A stretch of DNA of 64,000 nt, taken from Diadema antillarum. Its lineage: Eukaryota. The notes beneath the pieces are model-generated. The model had not been told where the DNA came from. It did not search any database and worked only from the letters and a program-made list of their open reading frames with translations. Shown here piece after piece: positions 23,238 through 35,574 of the stretch. The stretch spans positions 434,001 through 498,000 of the forward strand of contig NW_027272185.1 of assembly GCF_040938485.1 (NCBI RefSeq), given 5' to 3'. Within the stretch, counting starts at the first letter, position 1. Each line of letters opens with the position of its first letter. Position numbers and translations under genes: made by a program.

Positions 23238-25120
23238 GATCATGATCCTTGACCTCCAGTCTACACACTGTTGATTGACAGCTCACGTCGTCAATCTTCA
23301 AAACAAAGATGGCAGTGACTGTATCACATCATTCTTGAATGACATGAGTAGAAGACTGTGTAGGTTTTGCAGGAATTGCAGCAGCAGCACACTACATGCA
23401 GTACAGACTACAGTAATAGCACTGCGTACACATGGCACTGGGATTTATTAGAGTCTAGGGACTAGACTAGCCTAGGCCAGGCTAGGGTCTGGCCTAGCTA
23501 GCTCTCAGTCTCATTGAGTTTGATTCAAACTTACAGCTTAGACCTCTAGGCCCTATATTAATCTTAAATAATTTTCTTCTAATAACAGTCACCACTTCAA
23601 TAGGGCCTACCATAGCCAATGGAGTTTGCTCTTGTAAGTCTTCGAATCATGATAAATTTTGGTACAAAAATGGTTGGTACTAAACTAAACAGTTCAGATG
23701 TGGTTCTACTGAGTACCGTACTTCATATTTCTAAGAGTAAGACCTAATAGTGGTGAAAAAGGCTTTTATAAAATCCAAAGTTTAGTGATGACATCCACAC
23801 ACTCATTGCACTGACGATTCTACAGGACATCAGTGTTACTTTAAATCATGAAAAATGTGGTAGGGCCTATGCAAGATGTACCTGTATGCCTAATGCAAAT
23901 AGGTTCTAACGTTACCTCTAACTGTTATTGTTAACGTTAGTATTCTGAGAAATATTTTGGAAGCCTTTTTAGCCCTTTATAGGTGCCTACTTTGAAATTA
24001 GCTGAGACTCAGATCACAGACCACAGTCCTTTCTTGTTGTGTTAATGCAAGATATTTATTGACAACTGTGTTGACTTGAGCTGCCACCTATTCCTGTAAC
24101 AGTTGGGCTGTAGCAGTTAGGGCTAACCCAGATCAGATGAGGCTGTTAATGAGTGTTATGTTAGGGCCTATACTTAGAACCTCTAAATAGGCCTACGGTA
24201 ACATTTAGTGTTTTTTTTTTTAATTTCTTTATAACGGTTAGGGCTAGACCTCTAACGTTAACATAGTAACGGTTATGCGGTACAGCCTAACGTTAGGTTC
24301 TATAATTTATTGTTCCACTTTTAGCGTTAGTTTTACTTAAACCAGGAAGATCGATGCACCTAACGTTAGTATATTTACTATAATTTCAATTAGATCTAGC
24401 AAGTTAGATCTAGATCTTGCTAGTATTCTAGAGTCTAGAGAATAGATCTAACATTACCACTGGTTACCAGTCCTTTAACGTTAGGCTTTAGTTTATCTTT
24501 TTGATGTGAGCGCTCTTCATATTTTTGAATTGATGTGAAAAGAGAGACTCAGAAACAGAGAGTAACACTGCTAACACTGTTAGATCTATTTTGTTTGGGT
24601 CACTAAAAATAAGCCTTATCATTGATATCTAGGTTACATAGGGACCCTATGTATCGACATTGCAATTGCGATCGACTGTGCGACAACATGATGTGGTTAC
24701 AGCCAGGTTTTTAAACGTTAATATAGAATCTAGCGTTACGTTAGTTTAGAATTAGAGTCTAACGTTAACGATAGGTTTATTCTAAATCTAATCGCTAACG
24801 CTAAACGGCGGTAGCACATTTTGTGATAAATTTCAGATAATTAATAGATCTACGTAAAATACCTCCACAAAGGAGGCTGACGATCACGATTTCCCCGAAA
24901 CTAGGACCCCATAATAAAGACTAACACTAACAGAACACACTCTAACGGTTAGATGATAGATCTAAAGTTAGGCCTAACGTATTAGTCTAACTTAAATAAT
25001 AGATTCTGATCTAGGCTACAGTGTAGGTCCACATGATCATGATACAAATTGTAGTGTTACTGCGATCAGCGCGCTCACTTCGTGAGCGGGAGGGTCGCGG
25101 GGCTACAACTTGTGTAATGT

Positions 25121-25740
25121 TATACAAATGATGCACAGGATAGAGTGTGTTAGTGAAGGTGCGGCGCGCTCGAGAGTATTGACTACAATGGTGCGACATG
25201 CACGAGGCGCAGCCGAGTGCATGTTTGCAACCGTTGTCAATACTCGAGAGTGAGCCGCACCTTCACTACCGCCACGAAATAATCCTGTGCATCATTTGTT
25301 TTATAAAATGGGTCGAAAACTAACAGCATTATTCACGTACCTTTGTGGGTCAATACCAGTCAGCTACATGTAGCACTCGCTCAAAAGTCAAGATGTCTGA
25401 AGATGTTCGTCCCAAACATTTACGCACGTCGCACTCGGAAATCCCGCACATAAGTACTTAACTGTACGTACGTATAAGAGTACATACGTACGCCACGTGT
25501 TATGCACAAGAAAGGCCGCCGGCTGTTGTGGCAGCCCGAACTAGAAGTTGTTTACAGGATTGACAGCGCGTATAGTAGCGCGTGACGCACTTGTAACAAC
25601 TGATTGAGTGCGCACTGCTAGTGTAAACATTGTGACGTACGTCAGGCCCCGGCCGTGCATTTACTAAGAAATTAATGCACGCACACGTGACTCATTTCAG
25701 CGCTTCCAATTGGCTACATTCTTGAACCCATTTTATAAAA
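25121..25740 (+). mobile_element. Non-coding 0.62-kb element with the same hairpin + split-IR architecture as the YR element (putative non-autonomous Crypton-like)
   Basis: Absent in copy A (site 10767/10768). Perfect arms 25125-25141/25282-25298 (17 bp) and 25151-25165/25254-25268 (15 bp). IR 25299-25313/25726-25740 (15 bp). Apex GGC-GCA-GCC at 25206-25214. Confidence 0.8.
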
Positions 25741-26002
25741 CTTAGTTACACTGTACAGTGCCAGTGGTCGTGCTGGTACAGCATTCATGCCATGGCACAC
25801 GTTGAATTGAAAGTTTGACTTACACATTCATGGTTCAAACGTGTTTGTTTTTTCTTGTAAGCTTTAGATCGAGATCTACTTACCTTTCTTTTGGTTTTGA
25901 AGTGACAGGCGAACTGCCCTCTACTTGAACAGACAGGTGCAGAAACTGCAACTCTACTTTATAGATCCTTTCATCATGGATGAACGCTACCGTGCCGTCT
26001 GC

Positions 26003-27124
26003 TCAAAGCTTGCTAGCTAGCTGCATGCACACTACACGTACGACTGTGTCCTCCCGTCTTGCGCGTTTGCGATAGAATGTTTTCTTCAGCGCCCGACGGT
26101 AACGGGCATTGGTGGCGCCGTAAATGTAGGGGTTGTTTGCAGAATTTATGTACATGAGAGTCTGAAAGATGGGGACAAAAGGAATGACTTTGTTGCTGAA
26201 AGCGTAGTAAGTATCGTCACCGATCATCCCAGTAACCACGAGGGCGAGCGTTACCGCGTGGTATGGGGAGTACAGGAGGAAAAATAAAACACCTGTGATG
26301 ACGAGCATTCGTGTCACGGCGTTTCGCTCCTTGGTGTAGCGATAGCGATCTGTGTGGAGGGCCGCTTCGGTCTTGATGCGAGCCGTCAGGCTCCGGATGA
26401 TGAGTGCGTAGAGGATCGAGTTGACGATCAGGGCAAGGAAAAACGGAATCAACTGGAGCGCATTAGCAATATCCACCCACGTGGGCGAAACGGCTCGACA
26501 TCGGCCATACAAAGTAGGAAAATCTTCGTAGGCAGGCTCGTCGGGGTATACTAGGCAGTAAAACGTCATATCGGAGTGTCCTGGAATGAGCAAAGCCGCG
26601 AACACACAGCTTAGGAGCCAGGTAGCGAAAACAATTCTCCTTGTTCTACCCCAGGTTGCGATCCGTCGATGCCAGAACGGTTTGCAAATCGCATAATACC
26701 GCTCGATCGTCACCGCAGTAATAAGCAGGACTGAGGCGTTGTATGCGAAGTCGACGACGGAGGAGATCGTTGAACACCCAATAGAACCTTTATTAGGCGT
26801 ATGATCGTTTCCCAGCGGCGATGAGTGAAAACGCCAGAGCTTCTCGCCTACACCGACTGTCAGGTAGATCAAGTCCGCCACAGCGAGGTTGACAAGGTAA
26901 AAGTTTGTGATTGTCCGTATGGACGGGACACGCGCCACGACGATAAGAAAGAGAATGTTACCGAAAAGACCGACGGCCAGCACGCAAGGGAGCACGTAGG
27001 CTTTGATGACCACTTCCACTTCATCCGGAAGGAGACCTTCGGCTTGCTCTTTCGATAGATTCACCATCGTGTGTCCGTCTGCCAAACAGAGTTCATCGAG
27101 CTCTTGTGCCGTAGAGTACTCCAT
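26003..27124 (-). CDS. Class A GPCR, paralog B (373 aa)
   Basis: Same motifs as paralog A, about 31 substitutions and two one-codon indels. A 4-bp duplication (gcta, 26012-26019) shortens the C-terminal tail. Confidence 0.95.
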   Translation of the reverse strand: MEYSTAQELDELCLADGHTMVNLSKEQAEGLLPDEVEVVIKAYVLPCVLAVGLFGNILFLIVVARVPSIRTITNFYLVNLAVADLIYLTVGVGEKLWRFHSSPLGNDHTPNKGSIGCSTISSVVDFAYNASVLLITAVTIERYYAICKPFWHRRIATWGRTRRIVFATWLLSCVFAALLIPGHSDMTFYCLVYPDEPAYEDFPTLYGRCRAVSPTWVDIANALQLIPFFLALIVNSILYALIIRSLTARIKTEAALHTDRYRYTKERNAVTRMLVITGVLFFLLYSPYHAVTLALVVTGMIGDDTYYAFSNKVIPFVPIFQTLMYINSANNPYIYGATNARYRRALKKTFYRKRARREDTVVRVVCMQLASKL

Positions 27125-29312
27125 GATGGCAACTGATGAGGAGAAACGCTGTTTTTACGTCAACTATCAAAACAATACAGGAAACCTTGGTCAAAGAGCT
27201 TTTTGATTAGGACTCTCTTTACCCTTTCAAAAATACAAAGAGCAGCATTTTACTGTAATCTGTGGAATCTCCTGACGTAACACACACGCGCATGAAAACT
27301 ATCGGTTTCTTGTCGTGTCTTTCAAGAAGCTAGAGTAAAAATGCAGATTGACGGAAATATGAAACAGAGCTCAGTCATGGACGCACGATTCATTTTCTAA
27401 AAAACTCATTCTTATGTGGGTGGTACACTATCTACATAAACATTCAGCAAGCAAGGCAGTACGTGATGCTATGCTGGCGTCATCGTTCTAACGTCCAATT
27501 ACTGCACATCTCAGTCTGATTCGTTGTGTAGTTGATTTTGACCGCCGAAAGTTTTGACCGCCAAAAGTGATTCGATCCTATGCCGGAGCAACGAGACCAA
27601 TCGGGGTAGCAACGTTCTGCTCACGAATACGCAGCCAAGTGGGGGTATTTTGAGCTGGACTTGAGATTAAAGAAGTCGCTCTGACAGCGGTTGACATCGA
27701 TTTAGGATGACGTCACGGTGAGGGAAGCTATTGATGCAGCAAAGACTCGTCACCGCATTTCAGCAAGTTTGACAATGTCACTTCGTGGTGCGATGAATAG
27801 CAAACAGAGAAATCGGTTAATTGAGAAACGGAAACTACTGAAATATTCCACTCGGAGAGATTTAACAATAATTTCCTGTTATGCTGTTTCATCATGTAGG
27901 TCGATGTACCAGCCTCTCTCGAACTGGCCTATATACCTTCGCCGAACACACGCGCGCAGGTATTTATTGTACCAATTTACACAACTGCTCGCACACGCGC
28001 ACGCGCGAACACGCAGAAGGTCCTCTACATACAATATTATCTCGGTGTTTGTTTTTTTTTTAAGGAAAAACAAGAAACTTATATTGGCGGGAACGCGATT
28101 ACACGCGACAAATTTAACACCCATGCTTCTAGCAAAGTGAATTGATCGAATACTGGACAATAGCGGAAACGACACTATATATGAAGTCAATTAGAGAGAA
28201 GAAATATGATCTGACAAGGAGGAACTCTGCTTAGGTACATTGTTGATTGCTAAATGGCAATTGCTTGTCAAACTTCTTCTGTCCCCATACTCGCAAAACG
28301 ATAACCACACAAGTTTGATGTTCTCAGTAAAAGCGGCATATAGTCTGTTTAAAAGTGAGTTGTCTCTACTCGTTATTACACATATATTAACACGGTGAAA
28401 CTAAAAATAGGGGAGAAAACCTGATTGATGATATGCCACTAAGTTTATTGAAATGCATTGAAATGCATCGATTTAGTGGCAGTGCTGATACTGAAAAAAT
28501 GCTGCTAAACGAAGATCATTTTTGTCTATACCAACATAGCAACATTATGAATATACCTATGTATGTATATATATATATATATAATTTATATGAAATAGTA
28601 TTAGTTTTCTTCTATTCAAGTTTATCAGTCTTGTAATTGATGAAACATAATAATATGGTTTAATACGGTAACGTTTCAAAAGATCAAAGTAGAGTAAGAT
28701 ATGGGTGATGGAAGTTTCTTCTCTTTCTCTCCCTCTCTCTTTCTCCCACTATATCCGGAAAACGGAGGTGTGTTTTTACTATGCACATATCTTGCCCGAT
28801 GTGGGCAAAGCTATTAGTTACATACATTAAAGGATATGTTTACCTACGGTTTTCACTCAGCATTTTACTAATATGACCTTTTAGAAGAGGTTGAACGAAC
28901 CTTAGCGCTTGAAATGAAAAGCAGGGTTTGGACACAATGGCGATGACTTGTGTAAATCAATCCACAGGATGTATGGTTAGATATTTTCTTCATGATAGAT
29001 AGAAACTGATACTTATGATAAAAGGTCTATCCTGAGGTGGTAATATAGGATTACACCACCTTTTCAAATTAGTGTAAAAGGCGTGGATGAAAATATTAAC
29101 CGCTGATTACAGTAATAGTGTATCATTACATTTACCCCGCTATTAGCCTGTGATCTGCCATTCATTTTGATTTCATTTAATTATACTTCGTCCAATTCTA
29201 TTTACTTGTCAAAATAGTCTGTTTTCTCATTTCTTCCTGTGCCTATAAGATCGCTGTACCTTTTGAACTCCCTCTCCTTCCTCTCTCAAATCCATTATGG
29301 TCGTTTTATGTG

Positions 29313-29633
29313 CATGCCCTGCTGCAAAGAACACAGTGTTTCACAGTGTGATAACCACAGTGTGAACAAAGTGTTAACACAGTATGAACACATTGTGAAC
29401 ACGTACACTGTGACATCTCGTCACCTTGTTAAATTCGAGGGTCTTGACAGTGTGAACACAATGTGAGTCGTTAATTCACAGTGTGAAACAAAGCATTAGT
29501 ATGTGAACACTCTGTGAAAACCACACCACAATGTGAAATCATATTCACACTGTTGATTTCGAGCATTTTCACATAGTCGACTATTATGAACACACTGTGA
29601 ACTCAATGTGGGACACTGTGTTCTTTCCGCATG
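29313..29633. mobile_element. Paralogous CACAGTGT-rich MITE-like element in copy B
   Basis: Same IRs as 16771-17125, with fewer internal repeat units. Confidence 0.6.
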
Positions 29634-29747
29634 TTTCTATCATAGTTACTAATAAGTATCATGACGGAGGGAGCGAAGACCTATTCTACATTATGTACTG
29701 ATGATAGTCATTTTTCTCTCTCAGGCAATTTCGCATTTGTTCATGAA

Positions 29748-30548
29748 ATTACTATCTGCTTGTTAAGAAAGTGTGCGATTGCAATTACTGATAATGACTA
29801 TTTCAAGAAGCATAATAATGATAAAGACTGTGATAATAACTCCCAGATATCTACAAAGACAACGTTATCAGGGTGGCAGTGGTTAAAAATGATAAAGGCG
29901 CACTCTTCCTTTACGTACTATGTACCCCACTCCTTTCTCTTGATGTTTGTATACATGGTGTATGAAGTAAAAATGGGGCACACTTCATATCTGAGAGAAA
30001 AGGCGAGAGTTAAGGCTGTTAAGTTATTCCTCCACTAGCGCTTAGGGTGCTATGACTATTTTCCATTTGCTAATTCATGAAGCTCCAATGTCTATAGATA
30101 CGGCTCCGTTCCTACACGGCCGCAGCGATTGCATAACAGGTTATGCACAGTATTACTTTTCTACTTACCAAGCTTTCAGACTGGACTCTTTCCAGATTTA
30201 GTAATTTCTAAGCGTTTGAATCGAAGCCGGTTAAGTAAACAAAATGCAGCTGATATTTGTGATTCTTTTTATTTAACCCTCTTTCTCTCTCTTTATTTGT
30301 CTGAATGTTTTTGTGTCTGCATGTTTTCGTGTGTCTGTGTTATTGAGACGGGCCTTAGTATTGTTCGCAACCATAAATTCTCTTCGTTTCCCCAGTCCCC
30401 CTGAACAAACCGTCATAGCTTTTGATTACTCGTCACTATGATTTATAACAAGCAGAGCAAATATTATCAGAATCCAACATGGCCGAGGATTTGTGACGCA
30501 TGTTTGTTTTGCCCGAGATTATACAGTAATATTCTATTGCTCCATGAA
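29748..30548. other. ~800-bp segment present only in copy B, bounded by CATGAA direct repeats
   Basis: CATGAA at 29742-29747 and 30543-30548. Copy A has a single catgaa near 17228. Confidence 0.55.
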
Positions 30549-31689
30549 TATACTTGCCTTTGTTCAGCTTAAATCGGAATAGTTGTGCAGTCCTGATTTA
30601 AATAATATCATCTTTCTCATCATCACCGGTATAGTTTTGTCCTATTGACACATTAACGAACAATTTTCGAAGTGATTCGTTTTTCCTTTTTTTCCAATGG
30701 TAACTCTAGTGGCTATTCATGCACATGTTTTTCTTTTGTAAAACATTATAGCCTTTATAAGGACAAAATAAGCAATTTCGTAGCAACATACATGCACGTT
30801 TTGACAATGCATATAAAGGAAAATGATCCTTTGGCGAATATTTTGGTGTCTGTGTGGATATAACGATTCCCTCGTAGGCCCTTTTAATGGTGCATCTCTG
30901 CGTTCAATTAGTTGATTGATTTTGCAATGGATTGACGCTCAGGTGGGAAATCTCCTTCGTAATATAAAGGGGACGAGCAAACCTCGTGTCTGTTTGTGGA
31001 ATTATTCATGTTAGAGCAAAGGATGCGTGAAAAGATGTGGTCTATTAGGACACCACTGACTTATTTGATAGTCCTTCACACATCTGGATATTCCGGGCAC
31101 GTTCCACAAACTTGGAGTATTTGTGCTCACACTGACCTTTCCTATCCTTGCACACGGCACGTAGCAATCATGTCAATGTCAAATTGTCGATCACGCTCTC
31201 CATCGGTCGCCGATGAATGTTGGCGCCATTTCTTGTGACGTCACGTACAATGATTTCGACGTGACAGAACAAAGATGCCTCTACACAATAGCAGGACGAT
31301 GGAAACAGACACTGCATCAAACACTAATACATGTACCGTATACATCAGATACATTGTATGTGAATAGTCATGATAGTTTATATGATATTCTTATATAACA
31401 GACATTCCGGATTGAAAGGAACGTTCACATTGTTCGCTCTCTCGCTTAAGGCTGTTGAGTTCCTCACGCACACACCATGGTTAAGACAGCCAAGTTATCT
31501 TACAAGCCGACTAATTGTCGTCTTGAGGGAGGAGGGGTCTCGGGGCTCAGATTTATGAGTGCTTTCGGGTATGCCATCAAACGGAGCACAGAGTGTTAGA
31601 AGCCATAGGGAATCAGATTATTGTTAAAAGCCACAAGACTTGGCAGAAGTAGAAAGTCTTCAGGTGAGATCGGTACCCCATACGGGTTA

Positions 31690-31870
31690 AAATTATTCCG
31701 AAGGTTCACGATTCCGAAGGTTCACGATTCCAAAGATTCATAATTTAGGAAATGACATAAGGTTCGAATGATATCCCGAAGGTCCGTTAAAAACGGAAAT
31801 GAAGTAGGGTTCTTTACTATACGGAGGTTCGCTAAACCGAAAATGAAAAGAGGTTCTCTATTCCGGAAGT
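31690..31870 (+). repeat. Fragment of the TTCCGAAGGTTCG repeat family
   Basis: Repeated attccgaaggttc units, same family as 42689-42971. Confidence 0.6.
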
Positions 31871-34008
31871 TCCTTAACTCAAAGAGAGCTGAATTTCAAC
31901 TTTAAAAAACGCAAAAGCTCCCTCGTCATGGTCGCTACATGAGGGTATCCCCCTCCCAAACCCTTGCACCGCTCGGTCGCTGCGCTTGCATATTACATTT
32001 TCAAATACATTGATCGGTAAATCAAAAAAAAAAAGATCATAAAACAATAACTCTATTTTGTTTGACGCCTTTTCTTGCAACATGAATACATGTACATTAT
32101 AACCGAAGTATACCCCATCCCAGACATCCTCCCTTGTGCGTTTCCTCGAATATTGAACATATTGTTCTTGCACCACATGAACACATTACTGCGTATACGG
32201 CCATGAACTCGAGTAGCGTCTCTCGCACTCCATAACATTCATTACCAGGAAGTGATCAACTTGAAAGGGGGTAAATGACATCTTCAGTAGCACAAATCCA
32301 AGGATAATGCTGAACGTGGTATAGATAATAGGTTATATCAATTCAGTAGACACGAAGATGGTCAGAGGCTTTTCTTCATAGCTGATATTACGTCAAAACA
32401 AACGACATGTATTAAAGGGGCATATTTGTCTATTATAAGGATCTACTTCTTTGAACCCCACTCCCCGATTAGGAAAACAATCTTAATTACATACGGGACT
32501 GTAGTGGAATATATGGCTGCCTAATCTCTTGCTGGTCCCTTGCTGGTTCCTGAGAACAAAAGAAAGTTGATAGTCTTTCCTTTCAGACTCACTGATTTAG
32601 TTCTTATTTTCTATATCAAAATATACTTTTTCTTCATTCATATGTAACAATTTTTTCGGATTGTTGGTGCAACAGATTACTACAATACATCTCTTTCACA
32701 TATCAAAATATATCTTTTGACCAAAGATACACTTTAATCATTCATACTCCATGTAGAGGATAAAGAACAATAGGCCTACGTGCTACAGAAAGTAAAACTC
32801 ATAAGGCTATATACGTGATTTGCATCAAGCAAGGAGTATTACAATAATGAATGTCTGGTACAGCTTAAACGCAATCGAAGTGAACAATACTTGTAGGCCT
32901 ACATCGAGAACTTGAAGTGAATCAAATCATCACAATATGTGAAACTGTACGCATGATTTGCACATTCATGTACGTTTATACAAAACTTATACCAGTCATG
33001 TATAGCATTTCCAATTGATACCATTGCTTTAAAAATGTGACAAGAAGATGACAGCGCAGAGTCACAAGGGCGAAATATGAAAGTGGAGCCGCGATATGCT
33101 ACAAAGTACTTAGCACGAAATGTTATGTATTTTTTTGTGTGTTTGAGAGTATCGCGTGGCTCAACGTAAATAAGTTTAAACTAAGCTGCTTATGGTACCA
33201 TTTGCTAGATTTTTTTCAACCAAAAGCAGTCATGCGAGGTACATGATGCAAGCTATAAATGGTCAAAAAGCCTACATTCTATTTCACTTTTCAATTATCT
33301 TTGAAACCTATCAATTCTTATAGTAACAGGGCCCACTGAATTCTCAGTCTTGAATTGACATTATGCTGTAGACTTCATCGTATCACTTCCAAATTTCGTG
33401 ATGGGGTGTCCAACAGATTACATTCGACAAATATCACACCACTTCCCTGTACAACAACACGCACACGTGACATAGAGGCTGCAGTTACCATTCTGTAAAA
33501 CACATTCATTTTAACAAGGCAGATAGTGATTACAATATGGTAATAACAGAATAAGCGGTAATAACATCGTGCAATAATATTGGTCACATGCAGTTCTTAC
33601 GCTGACATGCTATCATCTATGATTGCGTTTATTTCTCTTGGTAAGCGCATGTCATGGAAATAATATTGTGTTTCACTGAAGTTTTGTACCAAAATCAAAT
33701 AAAAAAAAATGAACAACATCAAATTACAGAGGTATGGTTTCTGAGGCTTGAAAAGGATGCAAACTTCATGTAGGCCTAGCTGTATTCTTGAAGCCTCTGT
33801 CCTTGCGAGTACAATCAGCGGACCAGGACGATTGGCTGGTGTCGTCAACACTGCGATCTGTTTGATGCTTTTCTTAAAAAAACGAATAAAGCATGATTAT
33901 TTACCACACAATATATCAGACATTCCTACTTTGCATGTTATTGAATATAATAGCTATCGGTCTCCTTATTCTCTGACAGTGCTTCCTCCGAATACAAGTG
34001 CTCACTTG

Positions 34009-34136
34009 TTGCAACTGATTGACAAATTGCCCAACATCGACGTAAGTAAGCACTAAATTGATCAGTGTTTCAGTAGTAGCCATGATAAAAATCATGGGCG
34101 TACGTCGATGTTGGGCGATCTGTCAATCAGTTGCAA
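34009..34136. repeat. 128-bp palindrome (mini-MITE or hairpin)
   Basis: 36-bp arms at 34009-34044 and 34101-34136 with 2 mismatches, and a 56-bp loop. Confidence 0.85.
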
Positions 34137-34937
34137 TGAAAACATCTCGACGGAAGAATTTCCTAATTTGAATAAGTGCTAACTTGTGTTTCAGATAATG
34201 TTATGAATAGTATAACGTATAATATAGGCTCCTAAATCAGTATAATTTGTGCAGTTTGACATACAGTAAGCCCTACGCTTATACGCAGAGACAGACCCAC
34301 AGTTTAATCGGACGCCATTAATAAGGCACTAAGATTCTCTGAGACAAGTTGAGCAAACACAATTTAATATTGTTCTATGATAAAAAAATGAACGTTGATA
34401 CACCTTCAAAGGGATGTTTCCAAGGTACGAGATTAAAGCCGCCATGTCTCTGCCTGTAACTCGGAATTGTCCGCTCATCTGTAATGAAAAGACGATAAAC
34501 GGGGACGTTACCCCCCCCCCTTCCCCACTGCAAGAATTCTCCCCTCCCCCACCTGGTTAGAAAATGTCAAATTTGATTAAAATGTTAATAACTTGCTCTA
34601 TTAGTGGTTCACACGAATGACGTGCCGATATATGCCGATGCTGGCTAATACAACCACCGATATACTTGTTCATCATTGCCTTTTCATACAGAGTTGGGTT
34701 TTTTTACCATCAAATGAATGAGATAAGTACACAGCTTAGTCCTATCATAGGGTTCTAAAGCCTCTATTTCCTCTCCTTAGTAGTTTTCAAACACTAACTT
34801 GTGACTCATTATTAACCGTAACATCGCCAAAGATTGTCATACCCGTCCTGACACTGTCTTTAAAGGGTATAGTTACCGAGGAATACAAACTAGCAATTAA
34901 AGCAAGGATAGGTTGGGAATAGAAGAACCAAACGAGC

Positions 34938-35574
34938 TTAAAGCTTAAAGGCTGCCATCTCGTCATAATATTGTTGAGTGGCGTCGATGCATTTAATGGT
35001 ATCCGGTTTCATCTCGCTCCGGGGTGGCGCCGGCTTCGGGGTCTGGAACCCGGTGCTTTTTAAGGTCATCTCGTGCATTTTCTCCTGTAAAGGAATCAAG
35101 CACCGCCACGTCTTGACAATATCCGCGCTCCCGTCCCACTCCAGAAGAGCATCGGTGTACGGCATACCGACAGCCTCGCACAACTTCGGCAGATACAGCG
35201 CCGGATTCGTGGCCAAATCGTCAGAATCGATCACAGTCGGGTTCGGATCGATGCTCTCTCGGACGTGCTTCCACAAATCGTACTGACACTTGTACGTATA
35301 TCCAGGCATCATGAATGGAACGTCCGTTGTCATATCAAAGGTTTCCTCCTCCAGCGGTTTGCCTGCCGACATTCCCTCCGTCATTTGCTTGAAGAGCAGC
35401 CGACGCCAGGAGGGAAACATACGATCTGGGCGTCGGATAAGGAAAACGTGCTTGAAGTTAGCCTCCTTGCTGGGCAGCATGTCGTAGAAGTCTGTGACCG
35501 CATACGCCATGTCCTTGATGACGTATGACTTGTCTGCTGGTAACGAGTCTAGCTGCATTCTTGCACTGTCGCGT
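34938..35574 (-). CDS. Sulfotransferase-like protein, exon 3 of 3
   Basis: The acceptor aatcag|A fits phase 2. The exon encodes VIKDMAY, HVFLIRRP, VIDSDDL.TNP..YL.KLCEAVGMPY..ALLEW, typical of the sulfotransferase-like family that also forms the N-terminal domain of plant BCAT-like protein 2. Confidence 0.88.

Larger units (their letters stand above)
20793..31045 (+). repeat. Tandem segmental duplication, copy B (true start may lie further left)
   Basis: Colinear with 1-17725, a few percent diverged by eye with many small indels. It holds the empty sites for the HINE, gypsy and YR insertions of copy A. Confidence 0.95.

Noticed and set aside
1-31045. Duplication as two alleles falsely joined by the assembler
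   Set aside because: Not fully excluded, but about 8% protein divergence between the GPCRs, six copy-specific insertions and gap-free sequence between the copies favour a real tandem duplication. Read-depth and long-read checks are still needed.
31050-31260. Cys/His-containing short minus-strand frame (LRAVCKDRKGQCEHKYSK)
   Set aside because: Bounded by stops, with no convincing zinc-finger spacing or splice sites.
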